Source: Nitrospinaceae bacterium (GTDB lineage Bacteria; Nitrospinota; Nitrospinia; Nitrospinales; Nitrospinaceae). From it: a stretch of 64,000 nucleotides of DNA. The notes under the pieces were generated by a model, which was given only the letters and a program-made list of their open reading frames with translations, searched no databases and was not told the origin of the DNA. A program made the translations under genes and the position numbers. The stretch spans positions 480,001 through 544,000 of the forward strand of contig OZ245011.1 in the NCBI GenBank assembly GCA_965223665.1, written 5' to 3'. Below, piece after piece: positions 51,923 through 61,075 of the stretch. Each line of letters opens with the position of its first letter. Within the stretch, counting starts at the first letter, position 1.

Positions 51923-52311
51923 TTAAATTCTTTCTTGAACAATAGGTTGAGAATTTAGATATATACATTAAATCCGGGCCGGATTGTACCTGATTTAGTT
52001 TAATTCGGCAATGGGGGTAAATCCTAGGTGAATATGGGGGTAAAAGGTAGACTTTACTATTTTTTCTAGAATGATCCGAACATTTAATATCTTATTGACC
52101 GGTATCTGTCATTGGGGTAAGTTAATTTCGGAAAATTATTTTAGGTATTTTGCAAAATTCAAATCTCCTCATTTCTATTTTGGTTGTGTATGATTAACCA
52201 GACTCATTTTTTCTTTCAATAATTCTCAAAGATAACTATTTCATTTCATTTAATTTGCAGAAAATCGAATGATGGTTCAATCCCTTTTCCTGAAGGGTAG
52301 ATAGCAAAAAA

Positions 52312-53553
52312 TTGGAAAAAATTAGTTTTTCAAAAATAAGAAAATCACTTGGTAAAAATCCTCAAGTTACTTTAGGAGAATATCTGGTAATAGGTATTGG
52401 ATTTGCCCTACCAATTAGCACGTCTTTAACAGGTATTTTTTCAGGTTTGGCCCTGATTTGTTGGATACTTTCCGACCACCCTCTCAATTTAATAAAAAAT
52501 AGTTTGTCCAATCCTCTCACTCGGGCGGGTTTCATTTTATTATTTATATTATTAATTGGAATCTCTTATACTTCTGTCCCGGCTTCTACCGCATTTTCTG
52601 TTTTTAAAAAATATCGAGAATTATTATTTATGGCAGTTTTTATGAGTTTTCTTACTACGGAAAGAAATCGAAAGTTTGCTTTCTTAGGTTTTATGTTTGC
52701 CATGTGCCTTAATCTAATTATTTCATACTTTGGGGCTTTCACTCAGCCTAATTCTCCGGAAGGTACACCGGTGACGGCTTTTAAAAATGAGATTACTTAC
52801 AGTATTTTAACTGCATATTTTGGGTTTTGGATTTTGGAGGAAGTTTTTTATGAAAGCAAATATAGAAAATTAATGCTGGTTCTATTTATTTTAACAGTAT
52901 TTAATATTCTCTTTATAGGTACAGGTCGTACGGGCTATATCTTATTTATTATTTTATTAGCTTTATTTGTTTTCCATAAATTTAATTGGAAAGTTTCTAT
53001 TGGAGGATCATTAGCTATTATTTTAATCTTTATCAGTGTGATTAGTTTTTCAGATAGCTATAGGACTAAATTTATGAATTTCGTGAATAAATTTGTAAAT
53101 TCCGATTATTCCATAGGACTCCGAAAACAGTATTATAAATATAGTTGGGACTTGATCAAGCAGCGTCCAGTTCTTGGTTTTGGAACTGGTAGTTTTGAAA
53201 ATGAATATAAAAAAATAACCGATAAGGCAGGAAATCCTGTTAAAACATCAAACCCACATAATGAGTATTTGATGATTGGAGTGCAAACCGGCGTTATTGG
53301 AATAATCGGTTTTCTCTACTTTCTTTTCTGTCACTGGAAGTGGTCTTTAAGTTTGTCTTCCCGTGAAAAACTGCTTGCACAGGGATTAATTCTTTTATTT
53401 GCTATTGGCTGTATTCCTAATTCCCTTCTTTTAGATCATACGGAAGGTATGCTTTTGGTATATTTTTCTTCCGCATTATTTGGTCCTTATTTTCATTCAA
53501 AGCAAGTTCGAGGGGATGAAAGTATTTTGAATCCAGGAAATTCTAATGCCTAA
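52312..53553 (+). CDS. O-antigen ligase-family membrane protein
   Basis: About 11 TM helices, GRTG, R..Y.....LI..RP..GFGTG, NPHNEYL. Confidence 0.87.
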   Translation: MEKISFSKIRKSLGKNPQVTLGEYLVIGIGFALPISTSLTGIFSGLALICWILSDHPLNLIKNSLSNPLTRAGFILLFILLIGISYTSVPASTAFSVFKKYRELLFMAVFMSFLTTERNRKFAFLGFMFAMCLNLIISYFGAFTQPNSPEGTPVTAFKNEITYSILTAYFGFWILEEVFYESKYRKLMLVLFILTVFNILFIGTGRTGYILFIILLALFVFHKFNWKVSIGGSLAIILIFISVISFSDSYRTKFMNFVNKFVNSDYSIGLRKQYYKYSWDLIKQRPVLGFGTGSFENEYKKITDKAGNPVKTSNPHNEYLMIGVQTGVIGIIGFLYFLFCHWKWSLSLSSREKLLAQGLILLFAIGCIPNSLLLDHTEGMLLVYFSSALFGPYFHSKQVRGDESILNPGNSNA

Positions 53554-54361
53554 AATAAGTTTAATAGTATCCACGTATAACCGTCCAGATGCGTTAAATT
53601 TAGTTTTAAAAAGCTTGGAATCACAGATCTATAAGGATTTCGAAGTGCTAATCGCAGATGATGGTTCCGGGGATGAAACGCGCCAACTCATTCAAACCTT
53701 TCAAAGTCAAACCAAATTAGATGTAAAACATATATGGCAAGAGGATGAAGGATTTCGGGCAGCCTCAATTCGGAATAAATCGGTTGCATCCAGTTGCGGA
53801 GACTATATTGTTTTTCTCGACGGAGATTGTGTGGTTTTCCCCGATTTCCTTAAAATTCATTCGTCATTAAAAGAAAAAAAACGATATATTTTTGGAAATC
53901 GAATTCTATTGAGCCAGGAATTAACTGAAAAAGTGTTAAAAGACCAAATCAAAATTTATGAATGGAATTTGAAAAAATGGTTGCGAGAGAGAATTAATAA
54001 AAATGTTAACCGATTTGTTCCTATGCTTAAAATTCCCATGGGTTTTTTAAGGAAAATTTCTCCGCGTCAATGGAAAGGGGCAAAAACCTGCAATCTTGGA
54101 GTTTGGAAAAAAGATTTCTTAGAGATAAATGGATTTGATGAAGCGTTTATAGGATGGGGATATGAAGACTCCGATTTAGTTGCTCGCCTTATAAATAAGG
54201 GAGTTTTTAGATTAGATGGTCGTTTTGCTATTCCAGTATTACATCTTTGGCATCCCTTAAACGATAGAGAGAATGCAGATAGAAATATGAGTCAACTTAA
54301 AAAGGTATTGAACTCAGATATCATTAGGGCTGTCCGCGGAGTCGATCAATATTTAAATTAA
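53546..54361 (+). CDS. Glycosyltransferase family 2
   Basis: STYNRP, IADDGS, FLDGDC, GFDE.F.GWG.EDSD. Confidence 0.93.
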   Translation: MPKISLIVSTYNRPDALNLVLKSLESQIYKDFEVLIADDGSGDETRQLIQTFQSQTKLDVKHIWQEDEGFRAASIRNKSVASSCGDYIVFLDGDCVVFPDFLKIHSSLKEKKRYIFGNRILLSQELTEKVLKDQIKIYEWNLKKWLRERINKNVNRFVPMLKIPMGFLRKISPRQWKGAKTCNLGVWKKDFLEINGFDEAFIGWGYEDSDLVARLINKGVFRLDGRFAIPVLHLWHPLNDRENADRNMSQLKKVLNSDIIRAVRGVDQYLN

Positions 54362-54411
54362 TTGATTCAAATTAGTATAGACTTCAATATTACATTTGTT
54401 GAGAGTTTCCA

Positions 54412-54678
54412 ATGACGGATGATGAGGTTTTGGAAAAATATGGAGAGGAACCTCTTCATTTTTCACACTATTATAATTTTGTTTTCGTTTATAAAAGTGA
54501 AAAGTTAGAAAACGGTGACCAAATCTTTTTGCATTTAGGAGGTACCATGGAAAAAGTTTCAGCCATGGTTGTCGATGTAGAGGAGCCTTTGACACTTAAT
54601 GAAAATGGTGAGGACGAATACGCATTTATAAAAAATTCTGACAACCAGGTGATTTGGAAGCAAGAAAAGGAAAACTGA
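54412..54678 (+). CDS. Hypothetical acidic protein
   Basis: 88-aa ORF with RBS-like GAGAG. No motif recognised. Confidence 0.6.
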   Translation: MTDDEVLEKYGEEPLHFSHYYNFVFVYKSEKLENGDQIFLHLGGTMEKVSAMVVDVEEPLTLNENGEDEYAFIKNSDNQVIWKQEKEN

Positions 54679-54883
54679 TTTTAGTAGAAAATTAATTTTG
54701 GATTAATTTATAGACTCAACATTTGAAAATATTGCCTTAACTAGTTTCTTTTGGTATAAAAATTTAAGGTTTTTTGGCTAATGCGATACCGGGCCATAAA
54801 TTTTTAATGGCCAATTGATAAGCTTATAGAATTTTCTGTTGCCCATTGAAGCCGCTAATGTACTTTTTGGGAAAGGCTATTCC

Positions 54884-55675
54884 ATGAAAATAAATCTTTC
54901 TATATTAATAATTTTATTTATTGCTTTTAATGCACATGCTGGAATAAAAACTGAGGAAATTAAATACTCAGTTGAGGGAACACAGTTGACAGGGTTTATA
55001 GCTTACGATGATTCTATTAAAGATAAGCGTCCGGGAATTTTAGTGGTTCATGAATGGTGGGGGCACAATAAGCATGCAAGAGAAAGGGCAGGGATGTTAG
55101 CGAAATTGGGATATACTGCTTTAGCACTTGATATGTATGGGGATGGTAAACTAGCCGACCATCCTAAAAAGGCCGGTGAATTTATGAACGCCGCTTTCCA
55201 AAATTGGGAATCTTCGAAAGCCAAGTTTAATAAAGCTAAAAGTATCTTGAAAGCTCATGATACTGTAAACCCTGAGAAAATTGGTGCTATTGGTTTTTGT
55301 TTTGGAGGGGCAGTTTCTATTCGTATGGCTCGGGGAGGAGCAGATCTTGATGGGGTTGTGGCTTTCCACAGCGCTCTTCCTAATCAACCTCCATTAAAAA
55401 AAGATTCAGTTAGTGCTTCTATTTTAGTTATCAATGGATCGGAGGATTCTTTTTTGAGTTCTGAAACCGTTGCTGCTTTTATGAAAGAAATGATGGAAGC
55501 TAATGTTGATTTGACATATATCAATCTAAAAGGAATTCGACATAGTTATACAAATCGTATGGCAGACGAGTTTAACAAAAAGTTTAATATTGAGAATTTA
55601 AAATATGACGAACAAGCTGATAAGCGTTCATGGGTAGAAATGGATAGCTTTTTTAAAAGAGTATTTGCAAAATAA
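54884..55675 (+). CDS. Exported dienelactone hydrolase-family protein
   Basis: Signal peptide from ATG 54884, HEWWG, GFCFGG nucleophile, HSYTN. Confidence 0.92.
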   Translation: MKINLSILIILFIAFNAHAGIKTEEIKYSVEGTQLTGFIAYDDSIKDKRPGILVVHEWWGHNKHARERAGMLAKLGYTALALDMYGDGKLADHPKKAGEFMNAAFQNWESSKAKFNKAKSILKAHDTVNPEKIGAIGFCFGGAVSIRMARGGADLDGVVAFHSALPNQPPLKKDSVSASILVINGSEDSFLSSETVAAFMKEMMEANVDLTYINLKGIRHSYTNRMADEFNKKFNIENLKYDEQADKRSWVEMDSFFKRVFAK

Positions 55676-55694
55676 ATTTTAGGTGGATTCAAAA

Positions 55695-56042
55695 ATGCCA
55701 GTAACCATTTATCATAATCCAAAATGTTCAAAATCCCGCCAAACTTTAGAGTTAATAAGGGAAAAAGGAATTGAACCCACTGTTATTGAATATTTAAAAA
55801 GTCCGCCTACCCAGAAAGAACTCAAGGACATCCTTAAACTGTTAGGGATGGAGGCAAAGGAATTATTGAGGAAAAAAGAATCCGTTTATAAAGAATTGAA
55901 ACTGGATCAATCTTCTTTATCTAAAAATGATTTGATATCAGTGATGATTGAAAACCCCATTTTAATTGAACGCCCAATAGTGCTTGCGGATGGAAAGGCG
56001 GTTCTGGGACGTCCACCTGAAAATGTCATAAGTCTCCTATAA
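55695..56042 (+). CDS. arsC: Arsenate reductase (glutaredoxin-type ArsC family)
   Basis: IYHNPKCSKSR, LIERPIV, GRPPE. Confidence 0.85.
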   Translation: MPVTIYHNPKCSKSRQTLELIREKGIEPTVIEYLKSPPTQKELKDILKLLGMEAKELLRKKESVYKELKLDQSSLSKNDLISVMIENPILIERPIVLADGKAVLGRPPENVISLL

Positions 56043-56096
56043 ATTCTCCAAAATTATTTTTAGACTAGAGAATTGAATTTTCTTGCGTGTTTTAAT

Positions 56097-56537
56097 TTAG
56101 CGCAATCTAGGGTTTGCAAAAAAGGACACTAAATCACGAACAGAAAGCATTCCTACAATTTTCCCCCCATCAGTAATAGGGAGATGTCTGATTTTTTTTT
56201 GTGCCATGAAAGAATTAGCCTCCGTGACTGCTTTATGGCAATCTAAGGTATGGATTGGTGCTGCCGTCATTATTTCAGAGACTTTTATTGTAGCCGAATT
56301 TAAGCCTTTTCTTATCACCTTACGAGTTAAGTCTTTTTCCGTAATAATTCCAACAAATTTGTCTTTTTCTTTTACGAGCACACAACCTATATTTTTATCG
56401 TCCATTAATTGAGCCGTTTCCAAAGCAGTAGCGTTGGTTTGAATGCTAATTATGGGGGTGCTCATATAATCTGAAATTTCTTGTCTTGGTTTTACCTGGC
56501 CTTCTGCATAATGATGTGTCTTATGTTTTGTTTCCAT
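56097..56537 (-). CDS. CBS-domain pair protein
   Basis: Two CBS repeats (VGIITEKDL; IRHLPI..VGMLSVRDL). ATG 56537 follows GGAGG. Confidence 0.9.
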   Translation of the reverse strand: METKHKTHHYAEGQVKPRQEISDYMSTPIISIQTNATALETAQLMDDKNIGCVLVKEKDKFVGIITEKDLTRKVIRKGLNSATIKVSEIMTAAPIHTLDCHKAVTEANSFMAQKKIRHLPITDGGKIVGMLSVRDLVSFFANPRLR

Positions 56538-56758
56538 AGTCCACCTCCAATTAGGAAAGCTTTTAGATTTTTTTAGTAGAGCATTAAAAATATGATGTTT
56601 GTGATTTGGCAAGGATTCATATTTTAAGTTTATTTTGATGGGTCTTAATTAATCAGACTGTAGTCCTTTGATTTAATTTTACTAAAAAATCTATTTAATT
56701 AGGGTGTTTCTCTTTGTGTATGGTACTTTTTTAAGAAAATACTTTGAAGAGATAAAAA

Positions 56759-59700
56759 TCAATTTGGTTCTGGAGAGTTTTGGACAAATTTGATATTGAA
56801 AAATAATGCGTATAACACCGGGGCTACTACTAAGGTAAGAAATGTAGAAACGATTAGCCCGCCAATGATGGCAATGGCAAGAGGTCCCCACAAGAGGCCA
56901 CTCACGGCCAAAGAAAACAAGCCTGCCACGGTAGTGATTGTAGTTAAAAATATTGGATATGCTCTTCTTTGTCCAGCATGGATAATTGCTTCAATCGGAG
57001 GTTTTCCTGCTTCTAAATCTGCGTCAACCTGTTCAATTAATAGAATGGCATTATTTACAACAATTCCAGCCAAACTTAAAATTCCTAATTGTGCGAAAAA
57101 GCTAATGGGATATTCCATTAAATATAAACCCAAAATTACTCCAATAAATGATAATGGAATGGTTGTTAAAATAATAAGCATTTTCCTGACATTACCGAAT
57201 TGAATTACCAAAATCATAATTAAAAAAGCTAGTCCCACAGGCAATTTCGCTACAATACTTTTTTGAGCTTTACTGCTTTCTTCTAATTCACCTCCAAACT
57301 CTATCCCATAACCGTAAGGAAAATTTATGGTTGATAAGGAATTTTGCGCATCTTGTATTAAATCCATTGGTGACCGTGTTCCATCTGAATAAGCTAAAAT
57401 TGTAATAGTGCGTCTTTGGTTATATCGTTTAATTTTTCCGGTTTCCCATTTCAATATTCTGTCTGTTACTTGTGAAATAGGAACCATATATCCTTCAGAA
57501 GTGGGTATCTTCATATTTTCAAGTTTGCGAAGTGTGGTTCGCTCTGGTTTAATTGCTCTAATCATTACGGGGATATCGTCGTTTCCTTCTCGGTAATTTG
57601 TGATTTCGGTACCAGAAAAAACGGTTTGCAATACACTGGTTATTGATTCAGTGCTGATTCCTACTCTTCGTGCATTTTCCTGATTTACCTGAAGAGTCAC
57701 CATGGGAACTCGTCTTCCCCAATCATTTCGTGTTCCAGTGGTTCCGGGAATTTTTTCAATTTTATCCTGTATTATCTGAGTGAAATTGTATAATTCTTCA
57801 AAATCTTTTCCATGAACTCTAACCTGAAGAGGTGCACCTACAGGCGGACCTTCCTCGATTGGTTTTAAAATTAATATGGCGTCTTCATAATTCGAATTAA
57901 AATGTAAGGGGAGTTCTTTTAACATTTTTTCTCGATGCTCATATGTATTTGTGTTAATTACAAACTGAGCATAATTGCTGGTTTTTTGCTCTTTAATTAC
58001 CGAGGTGTGAAACATCGGTCCACCTTCTCCTAAGTACAAAGCAAAAGTATCCATTTCTTCTGGATAGGTATTCAGTAAATATTGTTCCAGCTTAATGGCT
58101 TGTTTTCGGGTTTCTAAAAAGTCAGTACCTTCAGGAAGATGCATATCAATTGTGAACTGTCCACGTCCAGAAGGGGGGAAAAATGTCTTTTTTAAAAATC
58201 CTCCTAATGGAGTAACAAAAAAGAATAAAGCTATCATACATAATATTGTTAATAGCCGAAAATTTAGGCATATTTTCATTAGTTTTCGATAAAATTTTGT
58301 AATTAGGGATGATGAATTTTCTTTTTCTGATTTGGGTTTGATTAGCCAAATTCCCAGAATGGGAATTAAAGTCATTGCTACAAAGTATGACGCTAGCAAA
58401 ACGGTTCCTATTACATAGGGAAGAGAATTACAATACACCCCTACTCCGGAGCGGGCTAAAGCAATAGGGGAAAATGCGGCTACGGTTGTCCCTGTTGCGG
58501 CGAGCAAAGGAAAGAATAATTCCTTGCCGGATTGAATAGCGGCTTCTTCTTTAGAATACCCTTTGTTGATGTAATCGGTAATGGACTCAGTCATCACAAT
58601 GCCATTATCCACCAACATACCCAATGAAATGATTAAAGCTGCTAAAGAAATCTGGTGTAGAGGAATTTCCATAGAGTTCATTATTATTAATGTAATTAAA
58701 TAAGATGCCGGGATTAAAAGAGAAACTATAATTCCTTGTCGCCAACCTAATAATAAAGTAATGATCACCGCAACCATTCCAATAGCTTGAACCAGGTTGC
58801 CCACAAATTCCTCAATTTTTACTATGGTCCACTTGGGTTGAAAATTTATAAAGTTGATATTGATTCCGTGAAAAAGATCCTCAGTAAATCTTGCAGTTGC
58901 CTGTTTTATATTGTTTCCCATTTCAATAATTTGTCCGCCATCCTGCATTTCAATAACTAATCCAATAGCTGGTTTTCCTTTGTAACGCATTTGCATTTCA
59001 GGAGGGTCAATATACTCTCTTTTGATAAGGACTAAGTCCTTTAGAAAAAAACTGCTTGGACTTCCGGGGACACTTATTAGTGTATTACCAATTTCTTGAA
59101 TTGACTTGAATTCACCACTGGTTTCCAGACGAATCCGTTGTGGGCCTAATTTGACTCGTCCTCCAGGTTGAAGAATATTTTGTTGTCTAATAATATCCAC
59201 AACGCTTTGTGCAGACATCCCTAATTCGGACATTTTGTTTGTGGAGACCTCCAAGAAAACCCTCTGTTCCTGCTCTCCAATAATATCCACGCGAGCGACA
59301 TACTCCACTTGTTCAAATTCTTTTTTTAGATCATCTGCAACATCACTCAGTTCCTTATTGGAGAAACCTGGTCCCGTGATAGCCAATACAATGGATTTGG
59401 TTTTTCCAAAATCATTATTCAACCAGGGGTCTTTAACACCTTCAGGTAAAGTTCCCTTTAGGTCATCTAATTTATTCCTGACTTTATCCCATATAGGTTT
59501 AACATCCCACCATTTATTATCTATTTTTAAAAAGATGTAAGAAATTCCAAATTTTGAAGTAGATGTTACTTTTTCGAATTCTGGAATCTCCTGCATTTTT
59601 TTTTCAATTCGTTCTGTAACCAATTCTTCAACTTTTAAAGGAGAAGCTCCAGGAAAGCGCGTAATGATTACTGAGCTCCATTGAGGAAATTCAGGATTCT

Positions 59701-59800
59701 CTTGCTTACCAATTGTTTTAATTGATTGATAACCTAGGAGAGTGACAAGGAAAAAGAAGAAGAGGATTACCCCTTTATGCGTTATAGAATATTTAACCAT
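56759..59800 (-). CDS. RND efflux transporter permease (AcrB family)
   Basis: FPGASP..VE..VT, GMLVDNGIV, GIVVNNAI, R..PI.LTT. Confidence 0.93.
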   Translation of the reverse strand: MVKYSITHKGVILFFFFLVTLLGYQSIKTIGKQENPEFPQWSSVIITRFPGASPLKVEELVTERIEKKMQEIPEFEKVTSTSKFGISYIFLKIDNKWWDVKPIWDKVRNKLDDLKGTLPEGVKDPWLNNDFGKTKSIVLAITGPGFSNKELSDVADDLKKEFEQVEYVARVDIIGEQEQRVFLEVSTNKMSELGMSAQSVVDIIRQQNILQPGGRVKLGPQRIRLETSGEFKSIQEIGNTLISVPGSPSSFFLKDLVLIKREYIDPPEMQMRYKGKPAIGLVIEMQDGGQIIEMGNNIKQATARFTEDLFHGININFINFQPKWTIVKIEEFVGNLVQAIGMVAVIITLLLGWRQGIIVSLLIPASYLITLIIMNSMEIPLHQISLAALIISLGMLVDNGIVMTESITDYINKGYSKEEAAIQSGKELFFPLLAATGTTVAAFSPIALARSGVGVYCNSLPYVIGTVLLASYFVAMTLIPILGIWLIKPKSEKENSSSLITKFYRKLMKICLNFRLLTILCMIALFFFVTPLGGFLKKTFFPPSGRGQFTIDMHLPEGTDFLETRKQAIKLEQYLLNTYPEEMDTFALYLGEGGPMFHTSVIKEQKTSNYAQFVINTNTYEHREKMLKELPLHFNSNYEDAILILKPIEEGPPVGAPLQVRVHGKDFEELYNFTQIIQDKIEKIPGTTGTRNDWGRRVPMVTLQVNQENARRVGISTESITSVLQTVFSGTEITNYREGNDDIPVMIRAIKPERTTLRKLENMKIPTSEGYMVPISQVTDRILKWETGKIKRYNQRRTITILAYSDGTRSPMDLIQDAQNSLSTINFPYGYGIEFGGELEESSKAQKSIVAKLPVGLAFLIMILVIQFGNVRKMLIILTTIPLSFIGVILGLYLMEYPISFFAQLGILSLAGIVVNNAILLIEQVDADLEAGKPPIEAIIHAGQRRAYPIFLTTITTVAGLFSLAVSGLLWGPLAIAIIGGLIVSTFLTLVVAPVLYALFFNIKFVQNSPEPN

Positions 59801-59811
59801 AAAGAATCATT

Positions 59812-61074
59812 CTAATTGGAAAGTACTTTCATGCCTTCTCGCATACGATCGGTTCCTGCAACAACAATTTGATCGCCGTTCACCAAACCATCAATAATTT
59901 CGATTTCGTCTGATGAAATCTCACCAATTCGTATTTGCCGTTCGGATACTGTGTTGTTGGTTGGATCTAACACCCAAACCATTTTATTCTCGGTTCCTGG
60001 CTTTTCAATAATTGCATGAATAGGGAGAGTGGGGTATTCTTCGCCTAATCCTTTTAAGACTAAATAAATTGTGGCGGACATTCCCGGTAAAATTTTATTT
60101 TTTAGATTTTTTAATTTAACAAAAACCGGGTAAGTCAAAGTCGCTGAATCGGCTACAACTCCAATTTTATCCACCCACCCTTCAAAGGTTTCATTTGGAA
60201 AGTTTAAGAATTTAATTTTAGCGGTTTGTCCTTTTTTAATTTTGGAAATCCATCTTTCAGGAATGCTAATTTGAAACTCTATAAAATTTATATCAACGAG
60301 TGTGTAAATTTTTTGACCCGCGGATACCCGTTCAAAATTAGAAACATGCTTAATTGACAATTCACCATCAAAAGGAGCCTTCAAATTGGTGTCTTTTAGA
60401 TTAGCGTTGGCTTGGTCTAGATTTGATTTGATCGATTCAATTTTAAATTTTTGAGCTCGAATTTCTTCCTCACGGCCTCCATGAGTTGCAATTACATATT
60501 CTTCATTTGCAGATTTTAAATCTAAACGAACTTTATCAAAATTATTTTTTGCCTGATCTAATCTGCTTTTGGAAGCGGCATCATTAGCGTATAATTGTTG
60601 TACACGCCGATATTCCAGTTCTGCAGTTTTTAAGGTAGACTCAAGACTTTTGATTTTATTGTCAGCAATTCGTACTTCCTCAGTTCTGGCCCCTTTTATT
60701 AGTTGATCGAATTGCGCTTGTGCGGAAGTAAGTTGACCCTCTAAGTCTTTGACACGAAGCAAATAATCCCTTTTGTCCAAAATGGCAATGATATTCCCTT
60801 TTTTTACTTTATCCCCAACCTCAGACTTCATTTGTTGAATAACTCCGGAAACACGAAAGCTTAAAATTGAAGATTCGTCACTTTCAGCAACACCACTAAA
60901 TTCTTTGTTTTCTGAATTAGAAGAATTTATTTGAATTGTCCGGGTTTTAACTGGCCGCAATATCTCTTTTTCTGGCAGCGGAGCTTCTTCTTTATTACAA
61001 CCCACCACAATTAGCAAAAGCAAAGTGAAAATAAAGTATGAAAAAACTTTTAAAACCTTTTCTTTCATCATCAT
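59812..61074 (-). CDS. RND periplasmic adaptor (membrane fusion protein)
   Basis: VVGC lipobox, LSFRVSG, long alpha-hairpin, APFDG, LPGM. Confidence 0.93.
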   Translation of the reverse strand: MMMKEKVLKVFSYFIFTLLLLIVVGCNKEEAPLPEKEILRPVKTRTIQINSSNSENKEFSGVAESDESSILSFRVSGVIQQMKSEVGDKVKKGNIIAILDKRDYLLRVKDLEGQLTSAQAQFDQLIKGARTEEVRIADNKIKSLESTLKTAELEYRRVQQLYANDAASKSRLDQAKNNFDKVRLDLKSANEEYVIATHGGREEEIRAQKFKIESIKSNLDQANANLKDTNLKAPFDGELSIKHVSNFERVSAGQKIYTLVDINFIEFQISIPERWISKIKKGQTAKIKFLNFPNETFEGWVDKIGVVADSATLTYPVFVKLKNLKNKILPGMSATIYLVLKGLGEEYPTLPIHAIIEKPGTENKMVWVLDPTNNTVSERQIRIGEISSDEIEIIDGLVNGDQIVVAGTDRMREGMKVLSN

Positions 61075-61075
61075 T

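Noticed and set aside
55695-56042. Arsenic resistance island
   Set aside because: Lone ArsC-family gene without arsR, arsB or acr3. Such genes are common in core genomes
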